From contig CAZHVK010000009.1 of NCBI GenBank assembly GCA_964535955.1, forward strand, positions 1 through 64,000: 64,000 bases of DNA, in the 5' to 3' direction. Below the pieces are notes generated by a model, which had not been told where the DNA came from, ran no database searches, and saw nothing but the letters and a program-made list of their open reading frames with translations. Origin of the DNA: an uncultured Methanosarcinales archaeon. GTDB lineage: Archaea > Nanobdellota > Nanobdellia > Woesearchaeales > CAXGTL01. Position 1 is the first letter of the stretch. Every line of letters begins with the position of its first letter. Position numbers and translations under genes: made by a program. This document shows, piece after piece, positions 49,454 to 57,904 of this stretch.

Positions 49454-49571
49454 GCCCCAGTAGCTCAGTGGCTAGAGCATCTGCCTTGTATATAATTACA
49501 GAAAGCAGAAGGTCACCGGTTCAAGACCATTCTACAGAAAAAGTAGGTGAGTGAAAGTCCGGTCTGGGGCT
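49454..49571 (+). tRNA. tRNA-Thr(UGU) with two introns (37/38 at 49491-49503; 59/60 at 49526-49557)
   Basis: Acceptor GCCCCAG/CTGGGGC, anticodon stem TCTGC/GCAGA, T stem ACCGG/CCGGT; TTCA/TGAA helix with 3-nt bulges. Confidence 0.9.
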
Positions 49572-49590
49572 TGTTCTTAATAACCTAGAA

Positions 49591-51018
49591 TTATGCAAAC
49601 CTATGTCTTCTAAAATATCTAGCAGGATTATACCTAGAACCATATCCTTGTGTTTTAGCACCAAATAATTGTATCTTATCAAAAAACAAGTCAATGCCTT
49701 TTCCAACCAGTGCACCACCTGCAGCACCAATCAAAGAGAATAAGAATATTGGCCAAACATCAAATGGCTCAACATCAAAACCTTTTTTAAAATTCTTTCT
49801 ATAGATTTTTCTTGAAATTTCCATAATGTCTTTGTAAACTTCTTTCCTATTACCTTTAGCATTAAAAAACTCAATATTAATTAATTGATTGATTCTTTGT
49901 TCAAGTATTGGCACATATTGCTTAGCATAATTAATACCATCAAAAACTTCCATTAACAAAGGATGTATTTTTTGAGTATCTTGTCTTATTTCTTGTACAA
50001 GTCTGTATTCTATAGGACCAGAATGAGATCTAGAACTTACTCTTTCATAATCACCTTTATGCCATCTTTGTTCAATAAGATCTTTTGCATTAGCCCATTT
50101 AGGTGCTAATTGTTTCAGACTAGACAATCTTGCTAATGCAACAGGAATATTATCAGTCATAGTAGCACCATAAAACCACATGTTTGCAATTTTTAATAAT
50201 TCTTGTTCTGTTAATTCACCTTTATTATCTCTATCAGATCTGCTGACGATTGCAGCTTCTGACCCTTCTGTATTAAACTCATTTGCAAGCATTATTTTTT
50301 CCATACGCAGATTACCAAACCTATCTATTGTATCTTCAAGTGCATTATGTGCTGCTTGACCAAAAGAATTATTATATTTATAATTATGATGAGAATAATC
50401 ATATTGCATTTCCATTGTAGTTTCTAATTCTCCTTCCATATTCAGACCTATACTTGGTTGAAGTGATTCAAAATCCTCTCTCCAATATTTCCATGTATTG
50501 TCAAACTTACTATCAACACCTGCAACAGCTATTCTAAACATAAGAAATTCATTAAGATCTTTTTCAACATTTTCAACAATCTGTGGAAAAACCTCAAAAT
50601 AATCAATTAATTTAAGATATTGTTTTTCATAAGTTTTTTCCCTTTTTTCCTTGTCTTGTCTTTCTCTAAGTTCATATGCAAATTTATGTATATTGTCTCC
50701 TGTAACCAATGTTTCATCATACCATGATATCCTTGGCACTGTTCTATAAGAATCATTTGAAGATTCAAAAACCTTCATAGGAAGATCATTTACAGCTGTC
50801 AGATATCTTGTTTGTGATTCAACTTCTTTACCTTGTTCTTTAGCTTGTGTTTCGATTTGAGCAATTTCAGAAAATCCTAATGGAATTATCTTTGATTGGT
50901 TACATTGATATTTCCATTGCCAACCACCCAATACAGTAGAAAGAACCAAAGCTCCTGTTATTACTTCTATTGCTGCGCTTTCTCTTAATATTGTTTTTAC
51001 AGTATCACTAAAAGTCAT
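49591..51018 (-). CDS. Membrane-anchored hypothetical protein
   Basis: TM segments near both termini. Confidence 0.7.
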   Translation of the reverse strand: MTFSDTVKTILRESAAIEVITGALVLSTVLGGWQWKYQCNQSKIIPLGFSEIAQIETQAKEQGKEVESQTRYLTAVNDLPMKVFESSNDSYRTVPRISWYDETLVTGDNIHKFAYELRERQDKEKREKTYEKQYLKLIDYFEVFPQIVENVEKDLNEFLMFRIAVAGVDSKFDNTWKYWREDFESLQPSIGLNMEGELETTMEMQYDYSHHNYKYNNSFGQAAHNALEDTIDRFGNLRMEKIMLANEFNTEGSEAAIVSRSDRDNKGELTEQELLKIANMWFYGATMTDNIPVALARLSSLKQLAPKWANAKDLIEQRWHKGDYERVSSRSHSGPIEYRLVQEIRQDTQKIHPLLMEVFDGINYAKQYVPILEQRINQLINIEFFNAKGNRKEVYKDIMEISRKIYRKNFKKGFDVEPFDVWPIFLFSLIGAAGGALVGKGIDLFFDKIQLFGAKTQGYGSRYNPARYFRRHRFA

Positions 51019-51142
51019 ATTATATATAGGATAAAACTCCACTTTATAAATCTTTCCATGATTAACCACCTCCAAGTGATAACTAAGCCATCACCAAATA
51101 ATAACAAAAACAATATAAATAAACCCTACTCCAACTAATATT

Positions 51143-51961
51143 ATGGACATAAAAATACTTAAAAAAGCACTTGAAGCATCTTGGAATATTGATACTTGTC
51201 ACAAGCCTATGAAAAAAGACTATGCAAAAAACCATCCATCATATGGTCAATGCTATCCTACAACATTAATAGTAAATGACTTTTTCGGCGGCAAGATATT
51301 AAAATATAAATTCCCAGAAACAGAAATAGGTCATTTCTCAAATCTAATAGATGGAAAAGAAGTCGACTTATCAAGAGAACAATTTGATAAAGATGAATCA
51401 TTTCCAAAACCACAAATTATAGACAGAAAAACATTAAAAACATCAAAAGCATACTTAATACTAAGATCTCATGTAAATAAATACCTGACAAAAAATTATC
51501 CAGACAAAGAAATAGAAAAACTATCATATAGACAAGGTATTTTAGCAGTTATTCTTAATTCAAAAAAACAAATATTAATTATCTCTGCACCAGATGAACC
51601 AGATTATTGGCGTTTTCCATCAGGTGGTGTTGACCCAGGTGAAACACATGAACAAACAGTGCACAGAGAACTAAAAGAAGAACTAAACATAGAAGTTGAC
51701 ATAATAAAAAGAATAACAGATGTTACAAACAAGTTTATCTGGCCAAAGATAGTCATAAAAAAACACAATAATAAGTACAAAGGCCAGCAAAAACATATAT
51801 TCATAACAAGAATCAAACCAAACCAAAACATAATTCTGCAAGAAGAAGAGATCGGTGGCTATAAATGGGTAAACAAAGAAGAAGTAGAAAACTATTTCTT
51901 ATACCCAAATCAAAGATCAACAGCAAAAAAAATCTTTGATGATTATAAAGAGTTTTTTTAA
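51143..51961 (+). CDS. YunG-like domain fused to a Nudix hydrolase
   Basis: GQC..T..IVND.FGG, GHF.N, VDLSREQF; Nudix box GGVDPGETHEQTVHRELKEEL. Confidence 0.8.
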   Translation: MDIKILKKALEASWNIDTCHKPMKKDYAKNHPSYGQCYPTTLIVNDFFGGKILKYKFPETEIGHFSNLIDGKEVDLSREQFDKDESFPKPQIIDRKTLKTSKAYLILRSHVNKYLTKNYPDKEIEKLSYRQGILAVILNSKKQILIISAPDEPDYWRFPSGGVDPGETHEQTVHRELKEELNIEVDIIKRITDVTNKFIWPKIVIKKHNNKYKGQQKHIFITRIKPNQNIILQEEEIGGYKWVNKEEVENYFLYPNQRSTAKKIFDDYKEFF

Positions 51962-51965
51962 ATAA

Positions 51966-52691
51966 TCACTTCCTCTTATTCAAATCAGGAAGACTCTGAA
52001 CCACTTTCGGCTTTGGTTTATGATCTGTTCTTGGCCTTGCTGGTCTTCTTGGTCTGTGTGAAGTTCTTGGATGTTTTGATCTTGCTGGTCTTTTTGGTTT
52101 AGTTGTTTTTGTCAGCTTTTTTTGTTTTTCAGTTTTTTTATATGGTTTTTTATAAGGTTTCTTGTATTTTGTTGCTGGTTTTTTGTCAGTTTTTAAAAGA
52201 TATTTATTCAAATCTTTTCCAAGATCACAAAAATCATCAGCTTCATTCTTTAGAATCCTAGAAGCAGTCTTAGAAAAAGCAATAACTTCTGTTCTACAAC
52301 CATGAGACTTAAGATATAATAATAATTCACCAAAATCACCATCACCAGATACAAGAACAACAGTATCAACTTTTTGTGCCATTCGAACAGCATCCATTGC
52401 AATACCAATATCCCAATCACCTTTTTTAGTACCAGTAATAAATGTCTGCAAACCTTTCATCTTTACTTCAATACCAAGTCCTTCAAGAGCATCATGAAAC
52501 TTTGATTCATCTTTCATATCAGCTTTTATCACATAAGCGATTGCCTTGACAAGTTTTCTTCCAGAAACAGCTTTTTTCAATATTTCACCAAAATTAACTT
52601 TTGCATTATACATATTTTTTGCAGAATAATACATGTTTTGAACATCAAACAATACTAATAATCTTTGTTCTTTATGTTTTAATTTACTCAT
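51966..52691 (-). CDS. NYN (LabA/DUF88) PIN-like nuclease with basic tail
   Basis: FDVQNMY, KGDWDIGIAMD, LVSGDGDF, ADDF. Confidence 0.92.
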   Translation of the reverse strand: MSKLKHKEQRLLVLFDVQNMYYSAKNMYNAKVNFGEILKKAVSGRKLVKAIAYVIKADMKDESKFHDALEGLGIEVKMKGLQTFITGTKKGDWDIGIAMDAVRMAQKVDTVVLVSGDGDFGELLLYLKSHGCRTEVIAFSKTASRILKNEADDFCDLGKDLNKYLLKTDKKPATKYKKPYKKPYKKTEKQKKLTKTTKPKRPARSKHPRTSHRPRRPARPRTDHKPKPKVVQSLPDLNKRK

Positions 52692-52711
52692 TTTGTTTGC
52701 ACCTCTTGTTT

Positions 52712-52847
52712 AGAGTATGTATTTAGTTAGTTGGCCTTTGTTTGTCTTTGAGGCTTTCTACCATCGTAAGATGATCAAGGATTGAAAACTTTAACATATA
52801 TAATTATGTTTTCAGGCGAAAAGACTAGCCAACTAAATACATACTTC
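52712..52847 (-). ncRNA. Candidate structured leader of the NYN gene
   Basis: 15-bp perfect outer stem AGTATGTATTTAGTT/AACTAAATACATACT enclosing a multibranch structure. Confidence 0.5.
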
Positions 52848-53138
52848 TTATATAAAATAACTTAATATCTTATGAAAATAATAATTTATTTTGTTATTAT
52901 TTGTTTTAAACACTTTCCCTTTATAAGAGTTTGTAATTCTTTTACCAGGACTTGTGATTATTACACCATCTAGATCAGGTTCTCTGCTTCCATTTGCTAT
53001 ATTATAAACAACACCTGTTTGTTCTTCTTTCTCAATCACATTTTCTAGAATTATTTTTGTCTCTTTTTTTCTTTTTACTTTATCAACTAGTCTTTCACGA
53101 TTTGTACAAAGTGAAACAACTCTATCCTCTTTTGTCAT
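52848..53138 (-). CDS. Hypothetical protein
   Basis: 96-aa ORF with TATA upstream. Confidence 0.45.
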   Translation of the reverse strand: MTKEDRVVSLCTNRERLVDKVKRKKETKIILENVIEKEEQTGVVYNIANGSREPDLDGVIITSPGKRITNSYKGKVFKTNNNKINYYFHKILSYFI

Positions 53139-53201
53139 ATCTTTTATTTATATTCATATTCATATATAAACATTTATATGATTGAATATTCAACATAAAC
53201 C

Positions 53202-53382
53202 AGCTTTGTAGAAAACCTGTCGTTTCCAACCATTTTCTGCCGTTGCGAGGGCTCATCACTATTAAGCCCGAGCAGGCAGGGTGTCAAGAATCAGAGATTC
53301 TTGATCATGCTCAGAAATTTGTGAACCAACAAATTTCTGACACAACGGCGAGGTAAAGCCGAGTAAGGTTTTCTACAGAGTA
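53202..53382 (+). mobile_element. MITE family B copy 2, carrying a double-hairpin module
   Basis: Ends AGCTTTGTAGAAAACC / GGTTTTCTACAGAGTA; 8-bp flanking repeat CATAAACC; aligns with reverse complement of 42692..42812. Confidence 0.85.
53282..53342. repeat. 61-bp double-hairpin module
   Basis: TCAAGAATC-AGA-GATTCTTGA, TCATGC, TCAGAAATTTG-TGAACCAA-CAAATTTCTGA. Confidence 0.85.
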
Positions 53383-53505
53383 CATAAACCACAAACTTTT
53401 TATATAACATATATTTTATTCATACTTGGGTTTAACTTCTTTGTAAGCAGAGTAAATGCAATAATAATAGTAATATTTATAAATAGATATGGAGTTTTGA
53501 TACAC

Positions 53506-54159
53506 ATGGCAACAATATATGATATAGATCCAAATGAATTGATTGAAAAAGCAGGATTAGAATTTAAAAAATTAGGCATAAAAAAACCTTCTTGGAGTGA
53601 TTTTGTTAAAACAGGACGTCATAAAGAAAGACCGCCTGCAAATACAGATTGGTGGTATTTTAGACTTGCAGCTATTCTTAGAAGTGTTTATAAGCTTGGT
53701 CCTATAGGTGTTTCAAAATTAAGAACAAAGTATGGTGGAAGAAAAAATAGAGGCCATAAACCAGATAAAGTGTTTAGAGGGTCTGGTTCAATAATAAGAA
53801 AAGCATTGCAACAACTTGAAGAAAATGGTTTTGTAAAAAAAATTGAAAAAGATGTTCACAAAGGAAGAATTATCACTCCAAAAGGAACATCATTCCTAGA
53901 TAAGATTGCTTCACAGATATATAAACCAAGACCAAAAGTAAAGATTGAAGCAGCACCTAAAAAACAAGAAAAAAAACCTAAAAAACAAGTTATAAAAGAA
54001 CAAAAAAAAGAACCAGCAAAACAAGAAGCAAAAGAAGTTGTTAAGAAACAACCACAAGAACCAGCAAAACAAGAAACAAAAGAAGTTGTTAAGAAACCAG
54101 ATAATCTTCCAAAGGAAAAACCTGAGCAACAAGTAGAAGGGGTTAAAAAAGAGGAATAA
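53506..54159 (+). CDS. rps19e: 30S ribosomal protein S19e with K/E/Q/P-rich tail
   Basis: VKTG.HKERPP, WWY.R.AA.LR, GSGSIIRKALQQLE. Confidence 0.95.
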   Translation: MATIYDIDPNELIEKAGLEFKKLGIKKPSWSDFVKTGRHKERPPANTDWWYFRLAAILRSVYKLGPIGVSKLRTKYGGRKNRGHKPDKVFRGSGSIIRKALQQLEENGFVKKIEKDVHKGRIITPKGTSFLDKIASQIYKPRPKVKIEAAPKKQEKKPKKQVIKEQKKEPAKQEAKEVVKKQPQEPAKQETKEVVKKPDNLPKEKPEQQVEGVKKEE

Positions 54160-54213
54160 AGATGTATGCAAAATTTATTTTGCATGCTACGAACGAATTA
54201 AAGGTGAGTGAGT

Positions 54214-54387
54214 ATGGCAAGATACAAATCAAAAGGAAGAAAAATAAGATTATCAAAATTACACAAAAGAACAAGATGGGCACCTTTTTGGACAGTTCCA
54301 AAGATATATGGCAAAGGCAGAAGGGTTCACCCTGGACGTCATACTGTTATTAAAAGATCTTGGAGACGGACAAAAACTAAAGCATAA
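54214..54387 (+). CDS. rpl39e: 50S ribosomal protein L39e (not in ORF track)
   Basis: MARYKSKGRKIRL...APFW...KRSWRRTK; GGTGA SD; conserved position before rpl31e. Confidence 0.85.
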   Translation: MARYKSKGRKIRLSKLHKRTRWAPFWTVPKIYGKGRRVHPGRHTVIKRSWRRTKTKA

Positions 54388-54392
54388 AAAAG

Positions 54393-55132
54393 ATGGCAGA
54401 AGAAAAGGAATTAAAAAGAGTGTATAATGTTCCACTTAGAAGAGAGTTTCTTAAAACACCTAAATGGAAAAGAACAAAAAAAGCAGTAAAAGCATTAAAA
54501 GAATTCTTAGCAAAGCACATGAAAGCTGACATTAATAATGTTTTGATTGGTAAAAACTTAAATGAACATGTTTGGAAAAATGGTATAAAAAACCCTCCTC
54601 ATCATGTTAAAGTAGAGGCAATTAAAGATAAAGAAGGTATTGTAAAAGCTGAGTTAGAAGGTTTTGAATATAAAACTTACAAAAAAGAAAAAAAAGAAGA
54701 AAAAGGCGCACTTGGCAAAGTTGTTGACAAATTAAAAGGTGGAAAACAAGAACAAAAACAAGAAGAGCCAGAGAAAAAAATAAGAACAAAAGACAAATTA
54801 AAAGCAAAAAAAGCAGAAGAAAAAGCAAAAGAAGAGAAAAAAGAACAAGAGAAAAAAGAACAAGAGAAAAAAGAACAAGAGAAAAANNNNNNNNNNNNNN
54901 NNNNNNNNNNNNNNNNNNNNNNNNNNNNNNNNNNNNNNNNNNNNNNNNNNNNNNNNNNNNNNNNNNNNNNNNNNNNNNNNNNNNNNAAGAGAAAAAAGAA
55001 CAAGAGAAAAAAGAACAAGAGAAAAAAGAACAAGAGAAAAAGGAAATAGAGAATAAGGAAGAGAAGAAAAAACAAGAAACACCAAAAAAAGAAACAACAG
55101 AACCTAAGAAACCAGAAGTAAAAAAACAATAA
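54393..55132 (+). CDS. rpl31e: 50S ribosomal protein L31e with KKEQE-repeat tail spanning a gap
   Basis: RVYNVPLR, KRTKKAV, LNEHVWKNGIKNPP; repeat frame right of the gap ends at TAA 55130-55132. Confidence 0.92.
54834..55040 (+). repeat. 15-bp coding tandem repeat GAGAAAAAAGAACAA; copy number unresolved
   Basis: Identical units on both sides of the N gap. Confidence 0.9.
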
Positions 55133-55185
55133 ACTTAATAAACAACAACGATTTCTGACATATTAACCCATAAAGAGTATAAAAA

Positions 55186-56178
55186 ATGAAAGAAAGACTG
55201 CCATTTGAAAAAATAGAAAGAAAAGTTCTTACTAAAAAACAAGCTGAGACTTCTGATAAGTTTGGTTGTGATCCTAATAATAGGTCAGTTGATGAACTAA
55301 TTAACTATGGCATTATTAACATAGACAAACAAAAAGGGCCAACATCTCACCAAGTAACAGCTTATGCAAAAGACATTCTTAAAATAAACAAAGCTGGACA
55401 CAGTGGCACACTTGATCCAAAAGTCACAGGTGTTTTGCCAACAGCAATAGGGAGAGGTACAAGAGTAGTCCAAACCTTATTAATAGCAGGCAAAGAATAT
55501 GTTTGTCTAATGTATTTACATAAAAAAGCAGATGAAAACCATATAAGAGCAACAATGAAGAGTTTTGTTGGCAGGATTGAACAAATGCCGCCTGTCAAAA
55601 GTGCTATTAAAAGACAGCTCAGAAAACGTTCTATTTATTATTTAGACATATTAGATATTAAAGACCAATCAGTATTGTTCAGAGTTGGTTGTGAAGCAGG
55701 AACTTATATTAGAAAACTTTGCCATGATATTGGAAAACAACTTGGTATAGGAGCACACATGTCAGAACTTCGAAGAACAAAAGTTGCATGTTTTACAGAA
55801 GAATCATTAGTAACATTAAATGATATCAAAGATTCATTATGGTATTACCAGAATGAAGGTAATGAAAAATATATCAGACATGTTATCCAACCGATAGAGT
55901 TTGGTGTTAGGCATATTCCAAAGATTTGGGTGCTTGACACAACTGTTAATTCTTTATGTCATGGTGCTAATCTAAAAATACCTGGTATATCTAAATTACA
56001 TTCAGATATAAAAAAAGGTGATATTATAGCTGTTATGACACTTAAAGATGAGTTAGTATGTATTGGCGAATCAATTACAACTTCTAAGGATATCATGAAA
56101 AATAATAAAGGTCTTTGTGTTATTATCAATAAGGTCTTTATGCTTCCAGGTATTTATCCAAGAATTGAGAAAAAGTAA
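55186..56178 (+). CDS. cbf5: H/ACA pseudouridine synthase Cbf5 (TruB family)
   Basis: GPTSH, GHSGTLDPKVTGVL, GTYIRKLCHD, PUA domain. Confidence 0.96.
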   Translation: MKERLPFEKIERKVLTKKQAETSDKFGCDPNNRSVDELINYGIINIDKQKGPTSHQVTAYAKDILKINKAGHSGTLDPKVTGVLPTAIGRGTRVVQTLLIAGKEYVCLMYLHKKADENHIRATMKSFVGRIEQMPPVKSAIKRQLRKRSIYYLDILDIKDQSVLFRVGCEAGTYIRKLCHDIGKQLGIGAHMSELRRTKVACFTEESLVTLNDIKDSLWYYQNEGNEKYIRHVIQPIEFGVRHIPKIWVLDTTVNSLCHGANLKIPGISKLHSDIKKGDIIAVMTLKDELVCIGESITTSKDIMKNNKGLCVIINKVFMLPGIYPRIEKK

Positions 56179-56179
56179 T

Positions 56180-56464
56180 TTACTCATAAAATTCAATATT
56201 ATCATATACACCTAATTCTTTAAGTGTATCCATTCTTTTTTTGAACTTATTATATGCACCTTTTATCATTGCAAGTGGCAGATGAAGAGTAACATATCCT
56301 AAAGAATAAAGAGTACTCATTCCTTCTCTGAATTCTTGTTTTGCACCAGGTTTAATCTCTTGTTTTGCTTCTTCTTCAACACATGTTTCTAAAACTCTTG
56401 ATGAACCAATAGAAATAGCTTCACTCATCACATAATATGTTTGTTCATTTTTCACCATAACCAC
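56180..56464 (-). CDS. Hypothetical protein
   Basis: 94-aa ORF. Confidence 0.5.
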   Translation of the reverse strand: MVMVKNEQTYYVMSEAISIGSSRVLETCVEEEAKQEIKPGAKQEFREGMSTLYSLGYVTLHLPLAMIKGAYNKFKKRMDTLKELGVYDNIEFYE

Positions 56465-56555
56465 CTTTTCAAAAAAAAGGGATTGATTTTGTTTATAAGG
56501 TTTTATCTTGTGTAGAACATATTATGAAAAAGAAAGGGAAAAAAAAAGAATTATT

Positions 56556-57287
56556 TCAATATTTTAGGAATTTCTGACCTGTTGTTTTCTCAACACCTAC
56601 CCAGAATGAAGCAATTGCTTCTAAGCATTTTCGGCAAGTATATAATGTTGAAGCTTCCCATAACATGTTACAGTTTAGTTTTTGTTCATCTTCGTAACCA
56701 TTAACAATTGCATATTTTGAATCATGGTGTTCATCAAACCCTAGTAAATGACCTGCTTCATGTTTTGCCATATGTTTAATAAAATCTAAGGAATTTTGTC
56801 TTCCATTTGGTAAAGCTAAAACCATATAACCTTTAAAAAATTCTGCTTGTCCCCAATCTTGTGTTCCTCTTGTTAAATATTTATCAACTAACACAACATC
56901 AGCATGAGGTGTTCCTCGTTTAGTAGGGTCTCTCCAATGTTCTGTAATAAGTTCCTTTGAGAGATGGTATCCATCAACAAAACCATTTTCCTGATTAATA
57001 GATCTATTAACTTGTTGAATCACAGTTTCATCAACTCCATAATCTTTTACTTGTAATTTTAAACCAAGCTGATTCAATAATTCTTCAATTCCAGCTTTAA
57101 CATAAGGAACTACTTTTCCATCAACACCTGGTACCCTCATAATTCTTATCTCTTTGCCCAATATCCAATTAGAACAAAAATAATCTTTGCCATCAATTCC
57201 TTCAGTACGATGATCATGATGACGATCAGCATAAACTTTGAACCAGGAATCTTGCCATTTTTCTCGTGATTTTTGTCTTTCAAACAT
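56556..57287 (-). CDS. Zinc metalloprotease, archaemetzincin-like
   Basis: HEAGHLLGFDEHH, CNM Met-turn, CRKC. Confidence 0.8.
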   Translation of the reverse strand: MFERQKSREKWQDSWFKVYADRHHDHRTEGIDGKDYFCSNWILGKEIRIMRVPGVDGKVVPYVKAGIEELLNQLGLKLQVKDYGVDETVIQQVNRSINQENGFVDGYHLSKELITEHWRDPTKRGTPHADVVLVDKYLTRGTQDWGQAEFFKGYMVLALPNGRQNSLDFIKHMAKHEAGHLLGFDEHHDSKYAIVNGYEDEQKLNCNMLWEASTLYTCRKCLEAIASFWVGVEKTTGQKFLKY

Positions 57288-57384
57288 TTTTAATATCCTC
57301 CTATTATATCTTAAGTTATATCCAAGAAACCATTGCCATTATTAAAAACCTCTTATATTCAAACCAAGATAATCCCGAAAAGAA

Positions 57385-57537
57385 TGGGTCTGGCCGGACT
57401 TTCATCTTTACAGATCTTGAACCGGCGACCATCTCGATTTTAAAAACAACTGCGTTGTTTTGAAGTTTCAACACAGTTGAAACAGTCAACGAGATGTCAT
57501 TTATGGTGTAACAACATAGCCACTAGACCACAGACCC
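57385..57537 (-). tRNA. tRNA-Val(GAC) with D-loop (57501-57517), anticodon-loop (within 57438-57484) and T-loop (57399-57415) introns
   Basis: GGGTCTG/CAGACCC, TCTCG/CGAGA, GCCGG/CCGGC stems; BHB helices GTGG/CCAT, TTGA/TTAA, TTCA/TGAA. Confidence 0.88.
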
Positions 57538-57539
57538 AA

Positions 57540-57836
57540 TCATTTACTAAGGTCAGTTATATGCAATCTTTCATCAACAAACTCAACTTTAACTTCTTTT
57601 AAATCATTAAACAAAAGATCATTTCCCCAAGGCAGAAACTTAGCAACCTTAAAATTTTTTAAATAACAACTTAATGCTCTAAACTCTAATATCTTGAAAG
57701 GCATCTTTATTGTCTTATGAGGGTTATTTATCTTAAAAAACTTTACTTGTGTATTATAAGGATACATTTCATGTTCTTCTTTATTATAATTCTTAATTCT
57801 TGATACTAACATTGATTTTGCTTTATATTTTGTCAT
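57540..57836 (-). CDS. Hypothetical protein
   Basis: GGGGTG SD; stop 3 nt before tRNA-Val. Confidence 0.65.
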   Translation of the reverse strand: MTKYKAKSMLVSRIKNYNKEEHEMYPYNTQVKFFKINNPHKTIKMPFKILEFRALSCYLKNFKVAKFLPWGNDLLFNDLKEVKVEFVDERLHITDLSK

Positions 57837-57904
57837 GTATAAACACCCCCTTATATCATAAAATACAGTCCTTACTTATATATAAATGTATCTCAAAATA
57901 ACAC

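Noticed and set aside
54987..55049. KRKKN-repeat C-terminus of L31e in the ORF track
   Set aside because: Frame artefact of the 100-N gap; the true frame continues KKEQE
55151..55161. ATTTCTGACAT matching the module end
   Set aside because: No hairpin partner; could be chance
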